Shown: positions 1-8,764 of the stretch, in pieces
How the letters are laid out: each line of letters opens with the position of its first letter
How positions within the stretch are numbered: position 1 is the first letter of the stretch
From: Dehalococcoidia bacterium
Lineage (GTDB): Bacteria; Chloroflexota; Dehalococcoidia; Bin125
Reading direction: 5' to 3'
Length of the DNA: 64,000 nucleotides
Assembly (NCBI GenBank): GCA_963663895.2
Contig: CAXXRD010000002.1
Location: 320,001 to 384,000 of the forward strand
The notes under the pieces: model-generated
Told to the model about the DNA's origin: nothing
The model's input: only the letters and a program-made list of their open reading frames with translations
The model's database searches: none
Translations under genes and position numbers: made by a program

Positions 1-84
1 GCGGTCGCCTTCTGGATCGTCGCCTTCATAATGTCCCGCATCTCCCAGCGCATGGAGCGCGCCCAAGGCATCGGTGAACGCTGA
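1..84 (+). CDS. 3' end of polar amino-acid ABC transporter permease (partial, runs off window)
   Basis: Frame 1 reads AVAFWIVAFIMSRISQRMERAQGIGER-stop, the typical C-terminus of AapM/HisM-type permeases; lies directly upstream of the cognate ATPase. Confidence 0.75.
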   Translation, partial: AVAFWIVAFIMSRISQRMERAQGIGER

Positions 85-151
85 CCTCCTCCTGCCACCG
101 CCGACTGCGCGGTAGCATGCAACCGGCCCCGATCAACGCGAGGAACGCGAT

Positions 152-985
152 ATGACCAGCGAAGACACCGCCAGCACCGAACCGGCGCCGCCGCAGAGCT
201 CCACGGAGGCGCGTCTGGAAACCGGATCGATGGTGCCCGAGCGCCTCATCGGCCAGCCCGACATCATCACGGTCTCGCACGTCGACAAGTGGTTCGGCGA
301 CTTCCAGGCGCTCGACGATGTCAGCCTCTCCGTCAAAGAGCATGAAATCGTCGTCATCCTCGGGCCATCGGGCTCGGGCAAGTCGACCTTCATCCGCTGC
401 CTCAACCGCCTAGAGGAGCACGACGCCGGACGTATCGTGATCAACGGCATCGAACTGAACGAAGACGTGCGCAACCTCAACGCGATCCGCTCCGAAGTGG
501 GGATGGTCTTTCAGCAGTTCAACCTCTTCCCGCATCTCTCCGTGCTGAGCAATATCACGCTCGGCCTGCGAAAGGTGCGCCGTATGCCCAGGCTTAATGC
601 GGAGGCGCTGGCGATCCAGCTGCTCGAGCGGGTCGGCATCCCCGAGCAAGCGGAGAAGCATCCGGCCCAGCTCTCCGGCGGCCAGCAGCAGCGCGTCGCC
701 ATCGCCCGTGCGCTGGCGATGCAGCCCAAGATCATGCTGTTCGACGAGCCGACTTCGGCGCTCGACCCAGAGATGATCAAGGAGGTGCTGGACGTGATGC
801 AGGAGCTGGCCGAATCTGGGATGACGATGCTCGTGGTGACGCACGAGATGGGCTTCGCCCGCGAAGTCGCCGACCGGCTCTTCTTCTTCGACGAAGGCGC
901 GCTGGTCGAAGAGGGCACGCCCGAACACTTCTTCACGAATCCGCGTGAAGAACGGACCAAGCTCTTCCTCTCCCAGATCCTCTAG
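152..985 (+). CDS. Polar amino-acid ABC transporter ATP-binding protein (GlnQ/AapP family)
   Basis: Walker [53 protein letters not shown]. Confidence 0.95.
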   Translation: MTSEDTASTEPAPPQSSTEARLETGSMVPERLIGQPDIITVSHVDKWFGDFQALDDVSLSVKEHEIVVILGPSGSGKSTFIRCLNRLEEHDAGRIVINGIELNEDVRNLNAIRSEVGMVFQQFNLFPHLSVLSNITLGLRKVRRMPRLNAEALAIQLLERVGIPEQAEKHPAQLSGGQQQRVAIARALAMQPKIMLFDEPTSALDPEMIKEVLDVMQELAESGMTMLVVTHEMGFAREVADRLFFFDEGALVEEGTPEHFFTNPREERTKLFLSQIL

Positions 986-1003
986 CAGGCGCGTTCGCGC
1001 CTG
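986..1003 (+). terminator. GC hairpin after the ATPase gene, possible terminator
   Basis: caggcgc-gttc-gcgcctg immediately after the stop codon; no U-tract. Confidence 0.4.
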
Positions 1004-1066
1004 TAGTGGTCGGGTCTCCTACCATGGCTCCATGGATCGATTCCGCTCGCATCAGGCGGCATCCTC

Positions 1067-2002
1067 GTGATCCCGGTACCGCTGATTCGGACAGCAGCGC
1101 TCACCAAGCACTATCCGGGAGTCGTCGCGCTTGACGCCGTCGATCTGAGCGTCGAATCGGGGATCGTCGGACTCGTCGGCCCCAATGGCGCGGGCAAGAG
1201 CACTCTGATCAAGATCCTGCTGGGATTGCTGACGCCGACCAGCGGCGCCGCCACCGTCCTGGGATTCGACGCCGGGCGGGAGTCCTTGCGCGTGCGCGAG
1301 CTGGTCGGCTATGCGCCCGAGCACGAGTGTCTGCCCGCTGATCTCTCCGCTGTGGATTTCGTCGTGCACATGGCGCGGATGAGCGGCCTCCCCGCCGCGG
1401 TCGCACGGGAGCGGGGCGACGCCGCGCTGCGCTATGTGGGCCTGGCCGAGGAGCGCTATCGCCGCATGCACGGTTATTCCACCGGCATGAAGCAACGCGT
1501 CAAGCTGGCGCAGGCGCTGGTTCACGACCCCAAGCTGCTGCTGCTGGACGAGCCAGCGAACGGCTTGGACCCCGAGGGCCGCGAAGAGATGCTGGCGCTG
1601 ATCGAGCGCATCGGCCACGAGTTCGGCATCTCAATTGTTATGTCGTCTCACTTGCTAAGCGAGATCGAGCGAGTTTGCGACTCGCTGATCGTGATCGAGC
1701 AAGGGAAGCTCGTCCGGGCTGGGGAGATCGCCGACTTCACGGGCGTCACGCATCTGCTGGTGGTGGAGGTGGACGGGGCCGCCGCCCCGATCGCGCGCCG
1801 ACTGGCGACGGTTGACGTCAAGGCGAAGGCGGCAGGCCGCCTGCTGGAGGTCTCGGTCGATCCGGCGGAAGCAACCCTCGTCCACGACGCGATCGTCGCA
1901 GCGGTAGCGGAGGAGGGGTTGCCGCTGGTGCGCCTCGAGCAGGGCCGCCACACGCTGGCGGATCTGTTCAGTCCCGCAGAAGGAGGGGCACCGGCGGCAT
2001 GA
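1067..2002 (+). CDS. ABC-2 type transporter ATP-binding protein
   Basis: GPNGAGKST, YSTGMKQR, LLLDEP, SSH. Confidence 0.92.
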   Translation: MIPVPLIRTAALTKHYPGVVALDAVDLSVESGIVGLVGPNGAGKSTLIKILLGLLTPTSGAATVLGFDAGRESLRVRELVGYAPEHECLPADLSAVDFVVHMARMSGLPAAVARERGDAALRYVGLAEERYRRMHGYSTGMKQRVKLAQALVHDPKLLLLDEPANGLDPEGREEMLALIERIGHEFGISIVMSSHLLSEIERVCDSLIVIEQGKLVRAGEIADFTGVTHLLVVEVDGAAAPIARRLATVDVKAKAAGRLLEVSVDPAEATLVHDAIVAAVAEEGLPLVRLEQGRHTLADLFSPAEGGAPAA

Positions 2003-2862
2003 CGGCGGGACCAGCACCTCGCGGCGCGATCTACGACCTGGGCTACGAAGGCTACGACGGGCCCCGGCGGGGACGGCGCTACGCCGTTTGGTCGCTGTAC
2101 GTGCTGAGCCTACGCAACGCCTTTGGGCTGGGCCGGGGAACGCTGCCCAAGTTCCTGGCCTTTGGGCTGGTAATCGTGGCGCTGATTCCGGCGCTGATCC
2201 AAGTGATCATCGCGGCCCTCGGCCCAGAGGAGGATTTCTCATTCGTGCGGCCGCACGAGTACTACGGCTTCATTCAGGCGATCATCCTCCTCTTCACAGC
2301 GGCACTGGCGTCGGATTTGGTGGGGAACGACCGGCGCTTTGGAACGCTCGTGCTGTACTTCTCAAGGCCCATCCGCTGGGCCGACTACGGCGCGGCGAAG
2401 CTGGCGGCGCTGGCCACCGGCCTGCTCGCGGTAACGCTGTTGCCGCAAACGGTGATGTTCCTCGGAAACTGGCTGGGCGCCGCCGACGCGTTGGAATGGG
2501 CGGGGGCCAACGCTGTGGATTTCGCACCGATCGTGGGCAGCGGACTCATGATCAGCATCACCTTCGCGGCCGTCGGACTGCTGACGGCAACCTACGCCGA
2601 GCGCCGCGCTTTCGCCATCATCAGCGTGCTGGCCCTCTTCCTCATCCCCTTCATCGTCGTGGAAGGGATCACCGAAATCAGTGACGACGCCAAATACGCG
2701 GCTTTTGCGAGCCCGGTCCATGTGATGCGTTCCTTCACCCTGGTGCTCTTCAACGAGGTCCCGACCATCGATCTTCCCGGGAGCGTGTTCATTCTCGCCG
2801 CCTTCGCCTATGCCGCAGCGGCAGCGGCATTGCTGCTCACGCGATTGCGGAGCAGCGTATGA
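1999..2862 (+). CDS. ABC-2 type transporter permease
   Basis: Multiple TM segments, D-RR-GTLVLYFSRPI motif; ATGA overlaps with both neighbours. Confidence 0.88.
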   Translation: MTAGPAPRGAIYDLGYEGYDGPRRGRRYAVWSLYVLSLRNAFGLGRGTLPKFLAFGLVIVALIPALIQVIIAALGPEEDFSFVRPHEYYGFIQAIILLFTAALASDLVGNDRRFGTLVLYFSRPIRWADYGAAKLAALATGLLAVTLLPQTVMFLGNWLGAADALEWAGANAVDFAPIVGSGLMISITFAAVGLLTATYAERRAFAIISVLALFLIPFIVVEGITEISDDAKYAAFASPVHVMRSFTLVLFNEVPTIDLPGSVFILAAFAYAAAAAALLLTRLRSSV

Positions 2863-3785
2863 CGACTCCAGAAAATCCCACGGTCAGCCTGGATCATGTT
2901 TCCCGCTGGTACGGCAACGTCGTCGCCGTGAACGACATCTCGTTCGATTTCCGGCCGGGCGTCACGGGGCTGCTCGGGCCGAACGGGGCAGGGAAATCGA
3001 CCATTTTGCACCTGCTGGCCGGATTCCTGCGGCCCTCAGCGGGCGCGGTACGCGTGCTGGGACAGCCCGCTTGGGGCGATCCGCATCTCTTCCGCCGCGT
3101 GGGCTTGGTCCCGGAGAGCGAGGCAGTGTACGGGTTCCTCAGCGCCCGCGCATTCGCGGTGACCAGTGCGCGGCTGCAGGGCTTGCCGGATCCGGATGCC
3201 GCCGCCGCCCGCGCGATCGCTTGGGTTGGGTTGGAGGCGGACCAGGACCGGCCCATGAAGGGCTACTCGAAGGGGATGCGGCAGCGGGCGAAGATCGCGG
3301 CCGCCCTCGTGCACGATCCCCAGGTGCTCATTCTGGACGAGCCGTTCAACGGCACGGACCCACGGCAGCGGCTGCAACTCATGGCGCTGCTGCGCGAGAT
3401 GGCGGCGGAGGGGCGAACCATCATCTTCTCGTCGCACATCCTTGAGGAGGTCGAGCGTCTGGCCGACGAAGTGCTCGTGATTTTGGCGGGACAACTGGCA
3501 GCTTCAGGCGACTTCCAAGTGATCCGCCGCCTGATGACCGACCGGCCGCACTCTTTCTCCCTGCTCACAACAGACGATCGGCGGGTGGCGTCGTTGCTGA
3601 TCGAGCGGCCGGAGGTGCGGGCCGTGACCGTCGCCGAGGAAGGTCTCGAGGTTCACACCACCGACTATGCGGCCTTCACGGCCTGCGTCGCGCCGGTGAT
3701 TCGCGACGCGGGCGTTACGCTGCTGCGGTTGCGCCCCACGGATGAATCGTTGGAGAGCGTCTTCTCCTACTTGGTGCGCCGATGA
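2859..3785 (+). CDS. ABC-2 type transporter ATP-binding protein
   Basis: GPNGAGKST, YSKGMRQR, ILDEP, SSH. Confidence 0.92.
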   Translation: MTTPENPTVSLDHVSRWYGNVVAVNDISFDFRPGVTGLLGPNGAGKSTILHLLAGFLRPSAGAVRVLGQPAWGDPHLFRRVGLVPESEAVYGFLSARAFAVTSARLQGLPDPDAAAARAIAWVGLEADQDRPMKGYSKGMRQRAKIAAALVHDPQVLILDEPFNGTDPRQRLQLMALLREMAAEGRTIIFSSHILEEVERLADEVLVILAGQLAASGDFQVIRRLMTDRPHSFSLLTTDDRRVASLLIERPEVRAVTVAEEGLEVHTTDYAAFTACVAPVIRDAGVTLLRLRPTDESLESVFSYLVRR

Positions 3786-4519
3786 CCCGCGCGCTCCTGA
3801 CGCTCACGGCGCGGCAGCTCTTGGGACGAAGGCGCAGCTTGTTCATCGTGTTGCTTGCGCTGATCCCCATCCTGGTAGCGGCCGTCTACCGCCTGGCCGG
3901 CGGTCAAACGGATCCGCTGCCGATCGAGTTCGCCGCGGGAATGCTCGACGCGCTGGTGATCGCGACCGTACTTCCCCTGACCGCGCTGGTGTTCGGCACG
4001 AGCGCCTTGGGTGCGGAGATCGAAGACGGAACGGCGGTCTACCTGCTCACCAAACCCGTCGCGCGGTGGCGGATCGTCCTCGTGAAGATCGCCGTGGCCG
4101 CAGGAGCCACGATCGCGCTGGTTTTGCCCCCGGCGGTGCTGGCGTCCGTAATCGTCCTCGGGGGAGACGAGGCAGCCCTGACGCCCGCTCTCGCGGGAGC
4201 AGTGGCGGTAGGCGCAGTGGTGTACTGCACGCTCTTCGTCGCGCTTAGCGTGCGGACGAGCCGCGCCCTGCTGATCGGCCTGGCCTACGTCCTTATCTGG
4301 GAAGGGATCGTGCCCAGCATCTTCGACGTGACCCGCTGGATCTCGGTGCGGCAGTACATGCTGGGAACCGCCGACCTGATCAGCGGGGCGCCCCGCGACG
4401 TGCTGGCCGCCGACATGGGAGGGGGAAGCGCGCTGATCGCTGCGGCCATCCTCACCGTGCTGGCGGTCTTCGCAGCCACCCGCCTGCTGCAGCGCTTCGA
4501 GATCGGCCAGCGTCTCTGA
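3782..4519 (+). CDS. ABC-2 type transporter permease
   Basis: TM segments, EIEDGTAVYLLTKPVAR motif; ATGA overlap. Confidence 0.88.
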   Translation: MTRALLTLTARQLLGRRRSLFIVLLALIPILVAAVYRLAGGQTDPLPIEFAAGMLDALVIATVLPLTALVFGTSALGAEIEDGTAVYLLTKPVARWRIVLVKIAVAAGATIALVLPPAVLASVIVLGGDEAALTPALAGAVAVGAVVYCTLFVALSVRTSRALLIGLAYVLIWEGIVPSIFDVTRWISVRQYMLGTADLISGAPRDVLAADMGGGSALIAAAILTVLAVFAATRLLQRFEIGQRL

Positions 4520-4525
4520 GCGAAC

Positions 4526-6694
4526 CTACTCGCCCGCGCCGGCCTCGCCGAGGGGAAGGGGATCCATGAAGCGGCGCAGCACGTTGGTCGTCACGCGGGC
4601 GAGCGCGTTGTCATAGCTCCGGTGGGAGAGTGATCCGGTCCAGGTGATCGAACCGGTACTGAAGACGGCGCCGCCGTTGGGCGTTTCGAAATAGACCATG
4701 TCCGCGCGGACCTGCGTATCGTCGGGGGCGCGTCCGATGCCCTCGTCGGCCGCACGGAAGTAGTTGGGGCCATGGTCGAACGACGAAGCCAGGAGTAGCG
4801 CGTGCGGAGGCGACCCGAGCTCGGGCGCGAAACGGTCGATCTCGTATCCGGCCGCCCCGCCCAAGTTCAGCCCGAAATCGCCGATCGGATCGTCCGCGCC
4901 CACGCCCTCGAAGATGAAGGCAGCTCGCGGGTCGAAGCTGCCGGGAAGACGCCGGTAACCCGCCGCGCGCGTGAAGCCCACCCCGCCGAAACCCACGCCG
5001 ACGAGCTGTTGCGGCGGCCGGCCCCGCACCCGCCAGGTCCCACCCGTTTCCAGCGTCGTGCTGTGCTGGCGCTCGCCGGGCTCGGCCTTCGAGGTGGAGT
5101 GTCCGCCGAAGCGCCGGACCTCCATCAAGTGCGGGCGCCGGGAGTCGATGGAGGTCACCCAGTAGAGGCCGTTGCCGCCTAGGTACATGAAGCGGCCGCC
5201 GCCGCGAAGATAGCCGTCCAGCGCATCGAGCATCCGCTCCGTCCAGTACTCGTGATGCCCGGCGCTGATCACCGCTTGGTGCCCGGCGAGGGCCGCTTCT
5301 CCGAGATCGTGGAAGTCGTGATCGCTAATGACGGCGTACTCGACGCCGAGATGCTCCAGCCAATGGATCGTGTAGAGATCCGCCATCAGGCCGTGCGAGA
5401 ACTGCGGCTCCGGCTCGGTCCCAGGCTCGGGATCGGGCTCGGCACGGCCCTCGCCCGGATCGAAATAGGCGCAGGGATCGTACGAAGCCGAGGGGCGGCG
5501 CAGCGAGGCGTAGTAATTGCTGCTGCCGTCGTTGTGGACGCTGTAGAGCGAGAGGCCGTAGCGATGCCGCTCCGGCTCGCCCCAGTTCGAGTAGGCCAGC
5601 CAGGTGAGCGTCGGCACGATGAAGAGGACGGGAGCGCGCCGTTGGGAAGTGTCGCGGACGATCAGGGGCAGCGTCAGCTCCTCGGCGCCGGCGCGCAGCC
5701 GCGCGGCGTAGATGCCGCTGCGCGCGCCGGAGGGGACGGAGACGCGCAGCGACGGCTCCCAGCCCGCGTCGTCGATGTCGTCGTCGTGCAGGTGGACGGC
5801 ATCGTATTGGGAAGGGGCGCTGCTATAGACATCGAGCTCGGCGCCGCGCCAGCGCGGGCCGGGCACGCCGCGGCTGGGGGCGTTGTGGACGAGGCCGTGC
5901 CGCGCCCTCCCCGACCGATCGACCACGCGATCGGTGTCGATCTGCCGGCTCAGATCCCAGTCCCCGAGCACCTCCACCCCAGGCGGGTGGACATCCTTCG
6001 CTACTGCGAAGATGTCGAGGTCGTCCAGGGCCGCCGCAAGGAGCCGCGGGTGGGCGATCTTCCCGTTGAACGTCGCTTGCACCACGCCCTGGCGCAGCCG
6101 CGCCCCCATCAGCATGGGACCGGCGGCGGGGAAGATCCCCGCCGCCCCGACGCGCGCGCGCTCGACGATTGTGTCGTCGCACCCGCGCGGACCGGCCAGC
6201 AGCCCCAGCTCGCGCCGCGCCGCGTCGAAGGTAAACCCCACGAAGCACCAGCGCGCCGGCAGCAGCGGCGCGCCGTGTTGGAGCCAGCGGTCGACCCGGC
6301 CGGAATCCGTCACGGTCCCCGTCAGCCGGTAGTCGGCGTCGATCCGCAGCGCGAAAGCGAGGCCGGGCTCCTCGCCCCAGGTCAGGATCGGTTGGTCGCG
6401 CGGCGTCGGCGCGGTCGGGCAGATCCAGCAGGCGAAGGTGACGCTGGCGAGCGGCTCGCGGGGCGGGGGCAGCGTGAGAAACGAGCCGGGATGGATCTCC
6501 TGCAGGCGGCCCGGATAGGGCCCCGGAGCCGCCCAGTCCGTGGCCTCGTCCTGGTAGCCGGGCCCGGCCGGGTTGGGATCGCCGTGGAGCAGACGCACGA
6601 CCTCCAGTGAGAACTCGCGGGCGTCGGTGCTCACCATCAGGTCGACCGTGCGGCCGGGAGCAGCCGAGATGGGGTCTGCGTAGCCGCAAAGCAT
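4526..6694 (-). CDS. N,N-dimethylformamidase large (beta) subunit family protein with LamG-like domain
   Basis: GYADPIS N-terminus, RLLHGDPNPAGPG, HDDDIDDAGW, TWLAYSN, SLYSVHNDGS, GHHEYWT, YLGGNGLYW, GGAAGYEID, GGAVFSTGSITW. Confidence 0.88.
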   Translation of the reverse strand: MLCGYADPISAAPGRTVDLMVSTDAREFSLEVVRLLHGDPNPAGPGYQDEATDWAAPGPYPGRLQEIHPGSFLTLPPPREPLASVTFACWICPTAPTPRDQPILTWGEEPGLAFALRIDADYRLTGTVTDSGRVDRWLQHGAPLLPARWCFVGFTFDAARRELGLLAGPRGCDDTIVERARVGAAGIFPAAGPMLMGARLRQGVVQATFNGKIAHPRLLAAALDDLDIFAVAKDVHPPGVEVLGDWDLSRQIDTDRVVDRSGRARHGLVHNAPSRGVPGPRWRGAELDVYSSAPSQYDAVHLHDDDIDDAGWEPSLRVSVPSGARSGIYAARLRAGAEELTLPLIVRDTSQRRAPVLFIVPTLTWLAYSNWGEPERHRYGLSLYSVHNDGSSNYYASLRRPSASYDPCAYFDPGEGRAEPDPEPGTEPEPQFSHGLMADLYTIHWLEHLGVEYAVISDHDFHDLGEAALAGHQAVISAGHHEYWTERMLDALDGYLRGGGRFMYLGGNGLYWVTSIDSRRPHLMEVRRFGGHSTSKAEPGERQHSTTLETGGTWRVRGRPPQQLVGVGFGGVGFTRAAGYRRLPGSFDPRAAFIFEGVGADDPIGDFGLNLGGAAGYEIDRFAPELGSPPHALLLASSFDHGPNYFRAADEGIGRAPDDTQVRADMVYFETPNGGAVFSTGSITWTGSLSHRSYDNALARVTTNVLRRFMDPLPLGEAGAGE

Positions 6695-6740
6695 CTGGCT
6701 CCGCCCTCTCTACCAGATCCCCGAGGGAGCCTTCCGGATC

Positions 6741-7679
6741 CTAGTCGAACAGCTCAGAGGCGCGCAGCACGGCCGCCGGTTGATCCTTGATCGTGAGCAG
6801 CGTCGAGATCGTCAGCGTCACCCCCTGCGCTTGCCACGCCTCGACCTTGTCCCGGATCTGCGAGCGCGTCCCGAAGATGCCGATATCGTCCGCCATCCGC
6901 TCGGAGATGGCCGCCTCCACGCCGGCGTCGTCCCCCGCCTCTATCGCCGCCAGCGCGCGCGCGGCCTCGCTCTCGTAGCCGGCCTCGGCGAAGTAGCTGC
7001 GGAAATTGGCGAGGCGCATGTGCAAACCCAGGAAGCGGCGCATGAAGGCCAGGCCTTCGCTGCGATCGTCCGTGATCCAGGCGGGGGCGACGTTCCCCAC
7101 CGTGACGTGTTGCCGCCGCTCGGCCGGGATCGCCTCAAGGATCGCCGGCATGGAGGAGAGGGCCCAGTTGGCGCCCAAGGGCCCGTCGGCGATCTCGCAA
7201 GCGAGGCGGATCATGCGCGGGCGCACGGCCGCGATCAGGATGGGCGGGAGCGGCTGCCGGGAGGCCGAGGCGCGCAAGCGCTCCATGTAGCTGCGCATGT
7301 GCGCCAGGGGCCGCTCGGGCTGCACGCCGAAGCGCTGCAGGAACTCATCGACGCCCGAGCCCAGGCCCAGCGTGAAACGGCCGTTGCTGATCTCGTGGTT
7401 GAAGGAGGCGGCGGCTGCCACGTCGGCCGGGTGGCGCATGTAGGTGACGCTGATCCCCGTCCCGACGTGGATCGCGTGCGTCGCCTGCAGGATGGCGGTG
7501 CTGAGGCTCAGCGCGTCGTAGGCCTCGGTGACGTTCGAGATCCACTCCCCCTCCGGGAGGCCGTAGTCGTAGGGGCAGAGCAGATGGGGAAAGCCGCGCC
7601 GCTCCAGTTCGCGGGCGGCGATGATCGCGGCCTTGCGATGGCCCGGCTCCGCGGCGAGTATGATTCCCGGCTTCGACAT
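6741..7679 (-). CDS. LLM-class (luciferase-like) flavin-dependent oxidoreductase
   Basis: Start MSKPGII at 7679 after aggagggc-like SD (aaagagggcg); VGTGIS, RHP, SNGRFTLGLGSG, AAVRPRMIRLACEIADG. Confidence 0.85.
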   Translation of the reverse strand: MSKPGIILAAEPGHRKAAIIAARELERRGFPHLLCPYDYGLPEGEWISNVTEAYDALSLSTAILQATHAIHVGTGISVTYMRHPADVAAAASFNHEISNGRFTLGLGSGVDEFLQRFGVQPERPLAHMRSYMERLRASASRQPLPPILIAAVRPRMIRLACEIADGPLGANWALSSMPAILEAIPAERRQHVTVGNVAPAWITDDRSEGLAFMRRFLGLHMRLANFRSYFAEAGYESEAARALAAIEAGDDAGVEAAISERMADDIGIFGTRSQIRDKVEAWQAQGVTLTISTLLTIKDQPAAVLRASELFD

Positions 7680-7874
7680 GTCGCCCTCTTTCACCGCCGG
7701 TCCAAGCGTCCTTGCCGGCGCTTCTTGGACAATGCCGTCGTGGACCGTGATGATACCGCGACGGCGGGGGCATCTCGCGACCCGATCGCAGCGAGCCCGC
7801 CCGCTCCAACCCCGCGTGGGGCCATCCACTAGAATCCTCGCCGAGTAGGGCGGGACAGCCGCGGAGGTTGGACG

Positions 7875-8700
7875 ATGGAAACGCGCCGAGCACACCTGGT
7901 CGCTGGCGGCTTTCCCAAGGGAACGCACGCCGGGCACGACATGGAATACGCCCGCCTGCGGCTGCTGACGCTGCTGTGGGAGCGAGCGGACACGGTGGTC
8001 ACCGTCGCGGGAGACTACAGCGACCTCGATCGCTGGCTGCTCGACGCGCGGCTGCTGATCACCTACGTCGCCGGCCCCTACCCGGACGGCGCCCAGAACG
8101 AGGCCCTGCGCGATTGGCTGGAGGGCGGCGGCCACTGGCTGGCGCTGCACGGGACCGCCGGCGGACGGGCCGCCCGCTCGCAGGACCGCAAGACGCGCCG
8201 GATGGTGAAGACGGAGCACCACGCGACGCTGGGCGGCTTCTTCATCAACCACCCGCCTACGCGCCGCTTCCGCGTCGACGTCGCCGACCCGGACGACCCG
8301 CTCACGCGGGGGCTGCCAGCCTCCTTCGAGGTCGTGGACGAGCCCTACATGGTGGAGCTGCAAGACCCGGCCGCCACGCGCGTGCTGCTCACCGCCGCGA
8401 TCGGGCCGGACACGTCACCCCCCGGCTTCGGCTTCACCTACGACGAGGACACGGCCCTCCTGCCGGACGGCAAGACGCGCGTCCTCGCCTACCGGCGCGC
8501 GCTGGGGCAAGGCAGCGTGACCTACGTGGCGCTGGGGCACTGCCATTCGCCCCTGAGCAGGAACCGCACCCCGGTCGATGCGAGCGTGGACCCGGCGGGC
8601 GCGTCGGCCCGCCGTCCTGCGCGGCCCCTGGGAGACCGCGGCTTACCAACAGCTCTTGCGCAACGGGATCGAGTGGGGCGTCGGCGGGGTGGGGGGTTAG
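7875..8700 (+). CDS. ThuA-like (class I glutamine amidotransferase-like) domain protein, apparent +1 frameshift near 8607
   Basis: GGHWLALHG, LGGFFINHP, DEPY, GQGSVTYVALGH; the +1 frame from 8608 gives PAVLRGPWETAAYQQLLRNGIEWG-stop 8700, a typical ThuA C-terminus. Confidence 0.75.
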
Positions 8701-8764
8701 GACGCCTTCACAGCCGCAAAGGCGGTTCCCAAAAAGTCACGCCGGGCGCTAAGCCGCAGAACCG

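Noticed and set aside
6741-8363. 540-aa ORF as a single protein
   Set aside because: The first 228 codons are antisense to the ThuA-like gene and intergenic DNA; the LLM protein starts at 7679
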